Origin: a virus
Lineage: Duplodnaviria; Caudoviricetes
DNA length: 53,093 bases
Direction: 5' to 3' (one strand)
IMG/VR virus record: IMGVR_UViG_3300043220_000093
Location: 1-53,093 of that record
Under the pieces are notes generated by a model. The model saw only the letters and a list, made by a program, of their open reading frames with translations, was not told the DNA's origin and ran no database searches. Each line of letters opens with the position of its first letter. Within the stretch, counting starts at the first letter, position 1. The position numbers and the translations under genes are program-made. Shown here piece by piece: positions 8,772 to 17,781 of this stretch.

Positions 8772-9095
8772 GATATTTTTATATATTTTTTTCAGTAATT
8801 TTCTTCTCTCTTCAGGATTAAAAGTTATATCGACACTGCTATTATGAACAGAACACATTGACACAAGATTCAAATCATTATGGAGTATTTCATTAGCATC
8901 TTTTTTAGATATGAATCTCTTAAATTCTTTTTTCCAGTGGACCATAATTGAGTTCTCTTGGCCCTGCCTGATTTTATGTGCTAACTGAAGGTTCATATAT
9001 CCCGCAACATCACAGCCGGGGTATTGGCATTTATGTCCGTCCCGGTGATATACCCGTTCCCTGGTTTCGTCTATTTCAAGTTGTTTTCTGCTCAT
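8766..9095 (-). CDS. HNH-like nuclease or zinc-binding protein
   Basis: RERVYHRDGHKCQYPGC...LQLAH...NLVSMCSVHN. Confidence 0.65.
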   Translation of the reverse strand: MSRKQLEIDETRERVYHRDGHKCQYPGCDVAGYMNLQLAHKIRQGQENSIMVHWKKEFKRFISKKDANEILHNDLNLVSMCSVHNSSVDITFNPEERRKLLKKIYKNIE

Positions 9096-9099
9096 AATA

Positions 9100-10542
9100 T
9101 TATAAATATACCTTTATCTGATTAAAAAGTATTTCCGCTATTTGAGGGACAATTGCATTTCCGAGTCCTTTAAGTCTGTCCACCCTACCGGATAGCCCAT
9201 AAGCCAATCGACCCACTGCGGGTTCAGCTGGCCACTTATTACATTGACCCCGTGACTCTGTAATCCACTGCGCCTGTTCGCCGTCGGTGTTGGGAATGCG
9301 TCCCGATATTTCGGACGTTTCGGATCGTTCCCCGCAAATCTCGCTTGCTCCATATCCTGAATTGTCATCATGCTGGCTGATGGTGTTGGGAAGTTCTCCA
9401 TTGCTTTTCCTTTTGCGTGGGGCCCCTTCCCGTCCAATTCCAGCACTTTCCCCGTTAATGTTCTCCCTGAGTTCGGGCCCGTTCTCCCCTTGTCTGGCTT
9501 CCCGCAAAATCCCGCTGCGTCCATTACTGTCGGTGTTGGGAATTTCATAACATCGGAGTCCACATTCTGGACATTTAAGATATGGCTTGTCTCTATCAAA
9601 CTTTGCGTCTCTTCTTTGGTTACAAATGTTGCAAGCCCGTCCCCGCTCTTCTTGCTGCATCCCTTCCGGTTGTAATTCCCGTTTATTGTCGGCGTTGGGA
9701 ATTTCACAGCCGTCTGTAAATTCTCCCCGCCTTCGCCCCTCTTCCCGGCGCCCGTGTGACAATTCGCGTGAGGAGTCGGAAAGGTATCCATCTCTTTTAC
9801 TCTTGTTTGTAAAGAGCTCCCGCCTTGCTTGTATTTCACATTTCTCTGGTCGGTTGTTGGGGTTGGGTATTTCTGTATCTGATTTCTCAACCTCGCATTC
9901 GTTGTTATCCCGTTCTTTTCGTATTTGTCCCACGCTTCTGCGCTTCCCTTCCGTCCCGCATCTTCCACGCTCGGGGTAAGCCACAATCCAGATCCTTTCC
10001 CTTTTGTGCGGTGCACCCAGGTCCTCTGCTCGTATATCCTGTTGTTCACAAGAATAACCGATTTCGGCAAGACTACTAATGACTGCCGCACTACCTTGGT
10101 ACTGCTCACTTTCCACTTCCCATCTGTCGCCGTCATTTGGATTTTCAGGCGGCGATGGTCGTCTCTCGCAGTCGAACCAACCAGCAAGGGCGCCGACGTT
10201 TTCAATGATTGCGTATCGTGGCAATAAGTCCCTAATAAGTCTCCAATACTCAAACCAAAGACCTGACCTTTCTCCATGTAATCCCTCTCCTTTTCCTGCT
10301 ATCGAAATATCCTGGCAAGGGAATCCTCCCGTTATTATACAATTACCTACGGATTCCTTTAAATCTCCTGTATCTATTTTCGTAATGTCTCCCAGGGGTA
10401 TTGCACTTGGAAACCTTTTTTGATATAATTCTACTGCGTAAGGTTCGACCTCAGAAAAATAATGATTCTCAAATTTCATGCCGGCCCAATATGCACCCAG
10501 GGCAAAGCCGCCGATACCGGAAAACAGGTCTATGTAATTCAT
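9100..10542 (-). CDS. C5-cytosine DNA methyltransferase, alpha subunit (motifs I-VIII and X)
   Basis: DLFSGIGG (I), GGFPCQDIS (IV), IENV (VI), HKRERIWIVAY (VIII), RLKGLGNAIVP (X); likely start MNYIDL at 10542. Confidence 0.93.
   Translation of the reverse strand: MNYIDLFSGIGGFALGAYWAGMKFENHYFSEVEPYAVELYQKRFPSAIPLGDITKIDTGDLKESVGNCIITGGFPCQDISIAGKGEGLHGERSGLWFEYWRLIRDLLPRYAIIENVGALAGWFDCERRPSPPENPNDGDRWEVESEQYQGSAAVISSLAEIGYSCEQQDIRAEDLGAPHKRERIWIVAYPERGRCGTEGKRRSVGQIRKERDNNECEVEKSDTEIPNPNNRPEKCEIQARRELFTNKSKRDGYLSDSSRELSHGRREEGRRRGEFTDGCEIPNADNKRELQPEGMQQEERGRACNICNQRRDAKFDRDKPYLKCPECGLRCYEIPNTDSNGRSGILREARQGENGPELRENINGESAGIGREGAPRKRKSNGELPNTISQHDDNSGYGASEICGERSETSEISGRIPNTDGEQAQWITESRGQCNKWPAEPAVGRLAYGLSGRVDRLKGLGNAIVPQIAEILFNQIKVYL
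9138..10277 (-). CDS. C5 MTase beta subunit (TRD repeats plus motif IX), nested in an alternative frame
   Basis: 379-aa stop-free overlapping ORF with 7 (F/Y/L)(P)TP modules, ending GQLNPQWVDWLMGYPVGWT; motif IX is missing from the alpha frame. Confidence 0.85.
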   Translation of the reverse strand: MEKGQVFGLSIGDLLGTYCHDTQSLKTSAPLLVGSTARDDHRRLKIQMTATDGKWKVSSTKVVRQSLVVLPKSVILVNNRIYEQRTWVHRTKGKGSGLWLTPSVEDAGRKGSAEAWDKYEKNGITTNARLRNQIQKYPTPTTDQRNVKYKQGGSSLQTRVKEMDTFPTPHANCHTGAGKRGEGGENLQTAVKFPTPTINGNYNRKGCSKKSGDGLATFVTKEETQSLIETSHILNVQNVDSDVMKFPTPTVMDAAGFCGKPDKGRTGPNSGRTLTGKVLELDGKGPHAKGKAMENFPTPSASMMTIQDMEQARFAGNDPKRPKYRDAFPTPTANRRSGLQSHGVNVISGQLNPQWVDWLMGYPVGWTDLKDSEMQLSLK

Positions 10543-10644
10543 ATTATGCTCATAGTATAATTCCAGGGGAAAGCAGGATAGGAGTTGCAAACCCGCCCGG
10601 CTCAATAGCCACTTGCCTTTATTCTCCCCAGTGCTAAGAAGTTA

Positions 10645-10755
10645 TCAACCGATAAGTAAATACCCGGCAATGAAACCAAACACAAGACCTATTGCAGAAC
10701 AAACAGCGATTTCATACATAACACTTTCTTTAAAATCTGACATTGATTTATCCAT
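10645..10755 (-). CDS. Small single-TM peptide (36 aa)
   Basis: Manual translation MDKSMSDFKESVMYEIAVCSAIGLVFGFIAGYLLIG. Confidence 0.5.
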   Translation of the reverse strand: MDKSMSDFKESVMYEIAVCSAIGLVFGFIAGYLLIG

Positions 10756-10759
10756 TTTT

Positions 10760-10939
10760 TTAATTATCATCTTCTTTCATTAACTCATTTTTCTTAAGCG
10801 GGTGTCTTCTCATATGAGATATTACAGCAAACTTTGATAAGATAGATGCGGTTCCATGTCCTTTAATTTTGGCATAATGATCTATTTCTTTTTTGATTTT
10901 TTCATCTACTGAATAACTTATTGGTTTGCTTTTTGTCAT
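10760..10939 (-). CDS. Ribbon-helix-helix-like DNA-binding protein
   Basis: KPISYSVDEKIKKEIDHYAK; ATGA overlap with the upstream gene. Confidence 0.55.
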   Translation of the reverse strand: MTKSKPISYSVDEKIKKEIDHYAKIKGHGTASILSKFAVISHMRRHPLKKNELMKEDDN

Positions 10940-11652
10940 TTTGGGAACTCCTGCCTGAATTTTCCGTTCCAATATGGTTTTAGATTATCTTTCATGAATA
11001 ATGGAATATCGATACCAACCAATTCTTGAATCCATTCCGGTTTCGGAATTATTTTATCTTTACGGTTGCCGGTTTCGGCTCCTATAATTAGCCAATCTGT
11101 TTTACCGATATATATTTTATTTATTTTTTCTTGAATAGGTTCAATAGATACAAAGGTGATGTTGTCGATAAGCGCCAATTCGTCCAATGATATGCATGTT
11201 TGATATTCATTGTTTACAGTTACGCCTAGCCAACAGTTTTCACGGAAAATGTGATTACGATATATTTCATGTTGTTTTGTTAAAAATATAAATGTATGCT
11301 GCGGGTACTGGATTATTTTTTCTAATACTTTTTCCATCCATTCGGGTTTCCAGTAGGCAATGTCAGACATACTGTTTATAAATATCCTTTTCGATTTTTT
11401 CGGGAACTTCTTTTGAAAGTTTGATTCTAACCATGCGGGATTAAAATTGACTAAATTATGACTTAACTCACTATACCCGTCATACCCATTAACTTTACCG
11501 ATTATATTTAAATAGTCATATTCTTTTTCTACAATTCCAAATGCGAACCGTTTCGCCATTTTCCGAGCGTAACAATAAGGACAATTATTTTCGCATCCCC
11601 ATACGGGATTCCATGTTAAATCACACCATTCAATTTTACTCATACCGGCCAA
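10936..11652 (-). CDS. DUF5131 / phage Gp37-Gp68 family (radical-SAM-like)
   Basis: SKIEWCDLTWNPVWGC.NNCPYCYA...IFINSMSD...LTK...FVSIEP...DWLIIGAETG. Confidence 0.92.
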   Translation of the reverse strand: MAGMSKIEWCDLTWNPVWGCENNCPYCYARKMAKRFAFGIVEKEYDYLNIIGKVNGYDGYSELSHNLVNFNPAWLESNFQKKFPKKSKRIFINSMSDIAYWKPEWMEKVLEKIIQYPQHTFIFLTKQHEIYRNHIFRENCWLGVTVNNEYQTCISLDELALIDNITFVSIEPIQEKINKIYIGKTDWLIIGAETGNRKDKIIPKPEWIQELVGIDIPLFMKDNLKPYWNGKFRQEFPK

Positions 11653-11693
11653 TCATCCTATCATAATTATTTTTCTTCAACTCCTCATCCGGA

Positions 11694-12272
11694 TTAAAAT
11701 GAAACAGTTCCATTATTTTCTTGATTATTCTTATCATACTTTCCCCCAGTTAAGATTTGAATAAATTTTTCAAGACTGTACAAACCCTTTCGACCTTCAA
11801 TATAGTCAAACTCCACAAGGTCCACTTTTTTAATACTTCCCTGCTGCCAGTATTCTAATAAATCTTTCCACTCGAATATTAAAAGCCTGTTCAATCTATT
11901 CCCGGGATTGGTCACTCTGATATTGAGAAATACAAAAGACCTCCCAAAGTCTTGAAACTTATTTAAGTTCTTCACCTGGTTCCACTCACTAAAATCAAGT
12001 TCTTTTCGTTCCTTCTGAGAACCGAAATAATTTTTTGAAAATGCTTTATATTCTTTCATCTGCTTACATTCAATAGCGAACGGATAACCTTGATTGTCAT
12101 GATTGAAAAATCCAATTACATCAAACGGCTTTGAAGGGATGAAACGGAATGCGTTATTATCACAAGTATTACATGCAGCTGGTGACCTGGGAACGTCCGG
12201 TATTTTATAGGCCCAGAATGATTGATGATTAAGGCTCTTAATTAATTCTTTATTAAAATGTCTTTCATTCAT
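11694..12272 (-). CDS. PD-(D/E)xK nuclease, RecU-like Holliday junction resolvase
   Basis: E..F...KIPD...KPFDVI...FAIECK...Q. Confidence 0.7.
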   Translation of the reverse strand: MNERHFNKELIKSLNHQSFWAYKIPDVPRSPAACNTCDNNAFRFIPSKPFDVIGFFNHDNQGYPFAIECKQMKEYKAFSKNYFGSQKERKELDFSEWNQVKNLNKFQDFGRSFVFLNIRVTNPGNRLNRLLIFEWKDLLEYWQQGSIKKVDLVEFDYIEGRKGLYSLEKFIQILTGGKYDKNNQENNGTVSF

Positions 12273-12355
12273 ATGACAACCTCCCCATTAAAAAACTTTT
12301 TGAATTCATGCACATCCAGCAAATCTTCGCGATCAACTCCTTGTGTGTAAGTTAT

Positions 12356-12937
12356 TCATATTTTTTCTATTATATATTGTGCCAGTTTTACAATGCGTTG
12401 AAAAAATTCTTCTCGATCTATTAATGCATCTTTCAAAATTTCACCACCCTGATGTTTAGCGTATTCTGATATATCGAAGTCAAGAGTTGGGCTACTTACT
12501 AAAATCCCACTAATTAAAAATCCCTCATCTTTTATGAATTTTTCATTCCACTTGTTATCCTCAAGAAAATCTAACTCCTTTTCGCACCATGTTAGAAACT
12601 CGTTTAATGGTGTCCCACATTGGCAACATCTCTCAATGCTTTCATGATCGCCATCATTTGGATACAAAACATCCTCAACATGGGTGCCTTTACCGTATAC
12701 ATTCCTAATATCTAATTTTGTTTCCTTGATACATTTTTCGTTATCGCAACAATCAAATCCACCCTCCGCCTCTTCACCTTTAACTATAAAATAAACTGTA
12801 TAGCTTGATACTGATTCTTTAGAAAACGGAGAGATTTTCTCCCTTGCTAACTCTATAATTTTTTCAAATCCATCAGTGAATCTTGGCAGATAGTTTATAC
12901 CATATGTTTCTAATACTGGATCTTTTATAATTTCCAC
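12356..12937 (-). CDS. Hypothetical protein with Cys clusters
   Basis: CCDNEKC and CCQCGTPL; SD GGGGAG. Confidence 0.6.
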   Translation of the reverse strand: MEIIKDPVLETYGINYLPRFTDGFEKIIELAREKISPFSKESVSSYTVYFIVKGEEAEGGFDCCDNEKCIKETKLDIRNVYGKGTHVEDVLYPNDGDHESIERCCQCGTPLNEFLTWCEKELDFLEDNKWNEKFIKDEGFLISGILVSSPTLDFDISEYAKHQGGEILKDALIDREEFFQRIVKLAQYIIEKI

Positions 12938-12999
12938 TTTCTCCCCCTATATTCATTTAATCGACAACCCACGCGCCTTATCCGCAACGCTCTGGCTCC

Positions 13000-13332
13000 T
13001 CACCCTTTTAACCATTTCCAGTCGTCACCATCATACTCATCATCACACGCCAGCACTTCATCAAAATGCTGACGGAGGTCTTCCCATATTTCGCCGTAGT
13101 ACCACCCACAACTAAACAAATCATTTCTCATATTCAAACACGTTATGCAGGTTTTGTGAGTCTCGATATTTCCATCATACACAATTGATGCCGATTCATA
13201 TTTGTCGCCTACATTTATTTGACAATGGCATTCCCCGCAAACATGGTCTATCCGCGCTATGACGACACTTTCTTCCAGTACGTAACCGCCGTCATTATCT
13301 ACATCGATACACAAACAAGCGTCTCCCATCAT
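13000..13332 (-). CDS. Zinc-binding hypothetical phage protein
   Basis: AR.DHVCGEC...I..GDKY...KTCITC. Confidence 0.7.
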   Translation of the reverse strand: MMGDACLCIDVDNDGGYVLEESVVIARIDHVCGECHCQINVGDKYESASIVYDGNIETHKTCITCLNMRNDLFSCGWYYGEIWEDLRQHFDEVLACDDEYDGDDWKWLKG

Positions 13333-13347
13333 AACTGTTCTCCTTGA

Positions 13348-13935
13348 TTATTTATTCTTTGATTCTTCAAATGCTTTCCTCCGATGATATACTCCAACCT
13401 TAGAATGCTTTTCTTGAATATGCCCTGACAAATCGATAAACAATCTATTCTCACATTTCAGAATATATTCTTTCATGTCTTCGTATGATAGGTCTGATGT
13501 GCTTGGTATATATCCTTCAACTCCACCTTCTTCGTTATATGAGATTATAATCCCTTTAATCATTGAGTAAGGATAATCGGTGCTATTCAAATTTAATAAA
13601 TTATAATCTGATACCGGGTATAGTCCTTTCTTACAATACTTTTTCGGTATCTCTTCCACACCGCAACAGTCAGTATATAGAAAATCTCTCTTCAGCATCA
13701 TGTGTACATAATGAACATTCCCCTCACCCATTGACAGGGCTATGTCTGGCATTAGATACCCGCGATACCATTTGTGTGAGTGCCACCCGGGGCCGTCTAT
13801 GATTTCCAGGGAGACTCTTGCTTTCTTTCCCTCGTGGTTTAACTTGAACTCATCAAGCTTGTCTTTCCAGTCTTGCTCTGAATAGGTAAATACTCCGGAC
13901 TTGATATACACATCGTATGATAATTTATTTTTCAT
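13348..13935 (-). CDS. NinB/DUF1367-like recombination-accessory protein
   Basis: HKWYRG...IA...VH..LK..FL...STSDLS..M..YI pattern. Confidence 0.55.
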   Translation of the reverse strand: MKNKLSYDVYIKSGVFTYSEQDWKDKLDEFKLNHEGKKARVSLEIIDGPGWHSHKWYRGYLMPDIALSMGEGNVHYVHMMLKRDFLYTDCCGVEEIPKKYCKKGLYPVSDYNLLNLNSTDYPYSMIKGIIISYNEEGGVEGYIPSTSDLSYEDMKEYILKCENRLFIDLSGHIQEKHSKVGVYHRRKAFEESKNK

Positions 13936-15173
13936 AGATTCACCTGTCTTGGCATCTCTTCATCATAATCCTGAAATTCAAAATATTTAAAATTTCGTTC
14001 AACACGAACTTTACCAACATCACCCTGACGATTCTTTGGTACAATCAACCAGACCCTGCCGGCTTTATCTTTCCAAATAAATACAGCAACATCAGTGTCA
14101 CACTCAATTGCTCCTGACTCCTTAAGGTGCCCAAGTGTCGGCTCTTCTTCATCTTTCAGTCTTGTAAATTGAGACAACAAAATAATAGGGGAATCAACCT
14201 TTCCAGCTAAATCTTTTATTCGGCCTGTTATATTATCTATTTGAAGTCTCCTTTCTGATATACCATCAACTTTAGCCAGCTGAAGATAATCAATACCTAT
14301 GAGACCTAATTTACCATGTTTAAGTTTTTGCTTTTTACACTCTATTTCAATACCTTTAATATTTTTAATATTATCATAAATTATTAAATTTTTATACTTT
14401 TCTTTAAGCTCATTATTAGTCTGTATTAAAATAGCTTTATCTGTTTTTGACAATTCGTCACTTACAATATCAGTACGTGATATCATTGATTCATTAGATA
14501 ATATCCTCTGTTTGATTTGTCGATACTTCATTTCAAGAGAAAAGAATAAATTTATCTGATCAAGATTATTCTTAAATATATTTTGTAATAGTGTAGTTTT
14601 TCCCTGAGATGGTTTTGCAGCGATAACGATCATATCTCCACGTTCAACACCGATGATAATATTATCAAGTCCTTGCAACCCGGTTGGGATAAAATCACCT
14701 TTATTACCGAATATATCATTACATCCATCGTAAACTTTTCCCTTAGAATCCGTTCTATTTTGGATCTCATTTATCATGTTTTCTGTATCAATACAGGAGT
14801 CTTCTGGTGTGACAATGGGGTTCTCCAAATATTCTGCTTGCTGCAGGAAGTGCATTCTCAATTTTCTTTTTTGAGATAACTCAATTATTTTTTTATAATT
14901 GAAATCAGCTTCAGAACTATTCGAAGGAGCACTGGCAACATCGACAAATAAATCTAAGTTTGCACCTTTATGATTTTTTAGAAGTTCTTCCCGGACTGTT
15001 AACAATCCCAAACTTACTCCACTTTCATGGACCCTCTTGATCGCTGAAAGATATTTAACATTATCGTCATTGTAAAAATCATCTTCATTCAGACCGTCTA
15101 TCAGATAACTGTATCTATCTGTATTTAAAAATGTTGAGATTAAAGATCGTTCTTTTAGGTAATCGACAAACAT
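13932..15173 (-). CDS. dnaB: Replicative DNA helicase
   Basis: IAAKPSQGKTT, FFSLEM, IDYLQL, LSQF.R, LKESGAIECD.D, KNRQG. Confidence 0.95.
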   Translation of the reverse strand: MFVDYLKERSLISTFLNTDRYSYLIDGLNEDDFYNDDNVKYLSAIKRVHESGVSLGLLTVREELLKNHKGANLDLFVDVASAPSNSSEADFNYKKIIELSQKRKLRMHFLQQAEYLENPIVTPEDSCIDTENMINEIQNRTDSKGKVYDGCNDIFGNKGDFIPTGLQGLDNIIIGVERGDMIVIAAKPSQGKTTLLQNIFKNNLDQINLFFSLEMKYRQIKQRILSNESMISRTDIVSDELSKTDKAILIQTNNELKEKYKNLIIYDNIKNIKGIEIECKKQKLKHGKLGLIGIDYLQLAKVDGISERRLQIDNITGRIKDLAGKVDSPIILLSQFTRLKDEEEPTLGHLKESGAIECDTDVAVFIWKDKAGRVWLIVPKNRQGDVGKVRVERNFKYFEFQDYDEEMPRQVNL

Positions 15174-15215
15174 TTACTATCCCCTGTTTTTTATTATATC
15201 ATAAAACCATATTTA

Positions 15216-15674
15216 TTATATTGGTGTACCGTCTAAATATTCCCAGTTTTTAATCAACTCTTCAAAATTTCCGACATCTACAACACAAGGTTCTCCATTT
15301 GGGGTGACATAAAAACTAGAAAGTCTCTTTTCTCTTTTACTACCATATTTGCTTCTCACCCACTTATCACGTAGCTTGTCTCTGTCTTCCCATGTGAGGG
15401 AGGGGGAGAGCCGGCGGTAATAAAACCATTCCTTAAGAGGAAGGATGTCTTTGCCATCTCGTTTTGTATAACACCAAAAAGAACCACCTTCGGTTTTAGC
15501 GAATGTTCTTTTCACCCATTCAAAAACGTCACGGTCCGTAACTTCTATTTCATCACCGTATTTTAAAAGTGGCTCCGTTAATATTTTAGGACATTCATTT
15601 TCCAAACGTTCTCTATTGCAATTATCACACATTGCCTCATCGAAACAAATACACGGTTCATTATAACATTTCAT
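15216..15674 (-). CDS. Hypothetical protein
   Basis: Cys-rich N-terminus; ORF in operon. Confidence 0.55.
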   Translation of the reverse strand: MKCYNEPCICFDEAMCDNCNRERLENECPKILTEPLLKYGDEIEVTDRDVFEWVKRTFAKTEGGSFWCYTKRDGKDILPLKEWFYYRRLSPSLTWEDRDKLRDKWVRSKYGSKREKRLSSFYVTPNGEPCVVDVGNFEELIKNWEYLDGTPI

Positions 15675-15678
15675 ATTA

Positions 15679-16062
15679 TTAGTCCTTTAACAATTCTTTG
15701 TCTTGATGGATATTTCCGATGACAGTTTTAAATTTTTTACATTCTGTATTTGTACCACCACCAGTATCCCACTCACCTCGGCACTCATCCCATGTCACAG
15801 CAAATATATTATCATCACCGCCCCATTCATCTTTATCAAACTTCAAGATGTCACCTTCAAAAATTTCTTTCCCGTTCTTGTCGGTTAGTCCGGTAAATTG
15901 CATTAAAATCACACATTCGTCTATGTCACAGATATCACCGTCACAGATATCACCGTCTATATAAAATTCCTTCCCTAACATCGGGTAAACATTGTATGTC
16001 ATCCATCCAGTTTTCTTATCTTCACCATCGAAAATATAAGCGCGGAATTTAATTTCTCTCAT
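15679..16062 (-). CDS. YopX family protein
   Basis: MREIKFRA...LMQFTGLTDKNGKEIFEGDI...VIGNIHQ. Confidence 0.92.
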   Translation of the reverse strand: MREIKFRAYIFDGEDKKTGWMTYNVYPMLGKEFYIDGDICDGDICDIDECVILMQFTGLTDKNGKEIFEGDILKFDKDEWGGDDNIFAVTWDECRGEWDTGGGTNTECKKFKTVIGNIHQDKELLKD

Positions 16063-16315
16063 TTCAACTCCTATATAGATTTATTATTTTAATAATATAT
16101 GATATCGACAGGGCAGTTTATAATTTCCCTCATCAACTTATTATCTTCACCGTATACCTCATAAACAGGATCGTAACAGTCGTCCCCTTCTCTTGTATTA
16201 TCACGTATTTCTACTACTCCACCATGACCGACACTTATAGCAACACCCCAATCATTAGAAACTATCGTTAAATGTTTTATTTTATTCATTTCAACTCCTA
16301 TACAGATTTATTATT
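16059..16315. repeat. 30-bp direct repeat pair containing RBS and start codon
   Basis: tcatttcaactcctata(t/c)agatttattatt at 16059-16088 and 16286-16315. Confidence 0.9.
16089..16289 (-). CDS. Hypothetical protein
   Basis: SD AGGAG; bounded by the direct repeats. Confidence 0.65.
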   Translation of the reverse strand: MNKIKHLTIVSNDWGVAISVGHGGVVEIRDNTREGDDCYDPVYEVYGEDNKLMREIINCPVDIIYY

Positions 16316-16319
16316 ATGA

Positions 16320-16892
16320 TTAAATATTTACTACTAATTGTAATTCTTTAATCTTTTCATGTTTTATTTTGACTTCTTTGATTAAATTTTTTTTATCTCT
16401 TCTAAGTTTACTTTCTCTTCCCCAGGAATCCTTTCTCATATCATCGTATTTAATTATTTTTTCATACTCCCAGTACTTATATACCTGGCCTGTATATTCA
16501 TCTCTCATTTTAATAAGAGCCTCTTTTTCCATCCACGACCCATAGTAAACATAACACCGTTTTAGCTCTTCTATTGTTCCTAATGTTACAGGGCACATCT
16601 TTGTTCCCATTGCATCCATAAGGGTGCTTTGTCCACCGTCCCACCATTGACCGTAGCACTTTTCCACGCCGCCATCAATCAAAGGCAAATTAAACTTGCG
16701 ACCGGCAAAAGCAATAGAACTTCCCATCGGTTTTTCATATTTATAACAATGGACAAACCCACCATCTACAGCATGAAGTAGAAGTTCCCCTTTTATATTT
16801 TCTTTTTGATATATGTATTTAGGCTTCCTGTTGATAACATATGCTTCATGATCATTAAATTCAACCACAGAAATAATTTTTATATTATTCAA
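16320..16892 (-). CDS. Hypothetical phage protein
   Basis: AFAGRKFNLPL.DG..C.GQWWD motif; likely TTG start at 16892 after GAGGTG. Confidence 0.65.
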   Translation of the reverse strand: MNNIKIISVVEFNDHEAYVINRKPKYIYQKENIKGELLLHAVDGGFVHCYKYEKPMGSSIAFAGRKFNLPLIDGGVEKCYGQWWDGGQSTLMDAMGTKMCPVTLGTIEELKRCYVYYGSWMEKEALIKMRDEYTGQVYKYWEYEKIIKYDDMRKDSWGRESKLRRDKKNLIKEVKIKHEKIKELQLVVNI

Positions 16893-16893
16893 T

Positions 16894-17769
16894 TCACACC
16901 TCCTGTTTATTTTTGTATTTTGTAAGATCTTCGTACTGTGACGAAGGATCAAAACTATCATTATTAACTAACTTCAATTTTGATTCTGATTTTAAATAAT
17001 TTGATAAAGGATCACTCTCATCAAGGAAATTCTCCAACCCTCTGCCTATAAAATCCCAAAATGTATATTTATGATTCCAGTAATATTTATCTTGTTGTAA
17101 TACTATTGCGTAATTCTTGACAGCTTTTATAACTTCATCTTTTCCGTAATCTTTGATCTGTTTGTAATGCTTAGTTTTTATTTTATTACTTAATACTTTA
17201 GAAGAATGTTTAGTAAGGTTGGATCTTATCCAGATTATATATATATCTTTCATTTCTGAATTGATTTCTTTGTCTCGAGGAGAAGGCTTTTCTTTCTCTG
17301 GCTCTTTCTCTATTTCTATCTCTTTCTCTAACTCTATCTCTGGTGGATATTTGTCGGACATTTGTCCATCACCTAAGATATTACCACTTTCTAACATACT
17401 TCTGTATTGACGTTTCCTGTCAGCTTCACTGCTTGACTTACCGATATAGTTCTGGATATCACTCATAAACATCTCACCAGAATCGAATATTGTAATAATA
17501 TCAAGCTCAACACCTATTTTAATTGCTTGTTTTACGTTATCGCTATTATGATTTATTACTTTTGATAAGATGCTTACTTTTTCCGGACTATAGGGGATTC
17601 TTTCTGTCATCATAAGTTTACCTTCAAACTTTAATGACTTCAGGAATAATTTCATTATGATATTTGAATATATATAACCGTTTTCCATGCTCTCAAGTAT
17701 TTTAATATTGTCCTGCTCAAAGAAGTTTTCCTTTAGTTTTAGATAATAATACTTCTTGCTGTCTGACAT
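16894..17769 (-). CDS. Phage replisome organiser / replication initiator
   Basis: KKYYYLKLKENFF...IGKSSSEADRKR..R; the EIELEKEIEIEKE low-complexity stretch (~17290-17340) is a candidate iteron region. Confidence 0.9.
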   Translation of the reverse strand: MSDSKKYYYLKLKENFFEQDNIKILESMENGYIYSNIIMKLFLKSLKFEGKLMMTERIPYSPEKVSILSKVINHNSDNVKQAIKIGVELDIITIFDSGEMFMSDIQNYIGKSSSEADRKRQYRSMLESGNILGDGQMSDKYPPEIELEKEIEIEKEPEKEKPSPRDKEINSEMKDIYIIWIRSNLTKHSSKVLSNKIKTKHYKQIKDYGKDEVIKAVKNYAIVLQQDKYYWNHKYTFWDFIGRGLENFLDESDPLSNYLKSESKLKLVNNDSFDPSSQYEDLTKYKNKQEV

Positions 17770-17781
17770 ATAAACCTTCCG

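Noticed and set aside
10560-10632. tRNA gene
   Set aside because: No canonical T-loop, D-arm or anticodon geometry; kept only as a generic structured element
15925-15957. 15-bp tandem duplication in yopX (DGDICDGDICD)
   Set aside because: Simple in-frame slippage in a variable loop with no further signal
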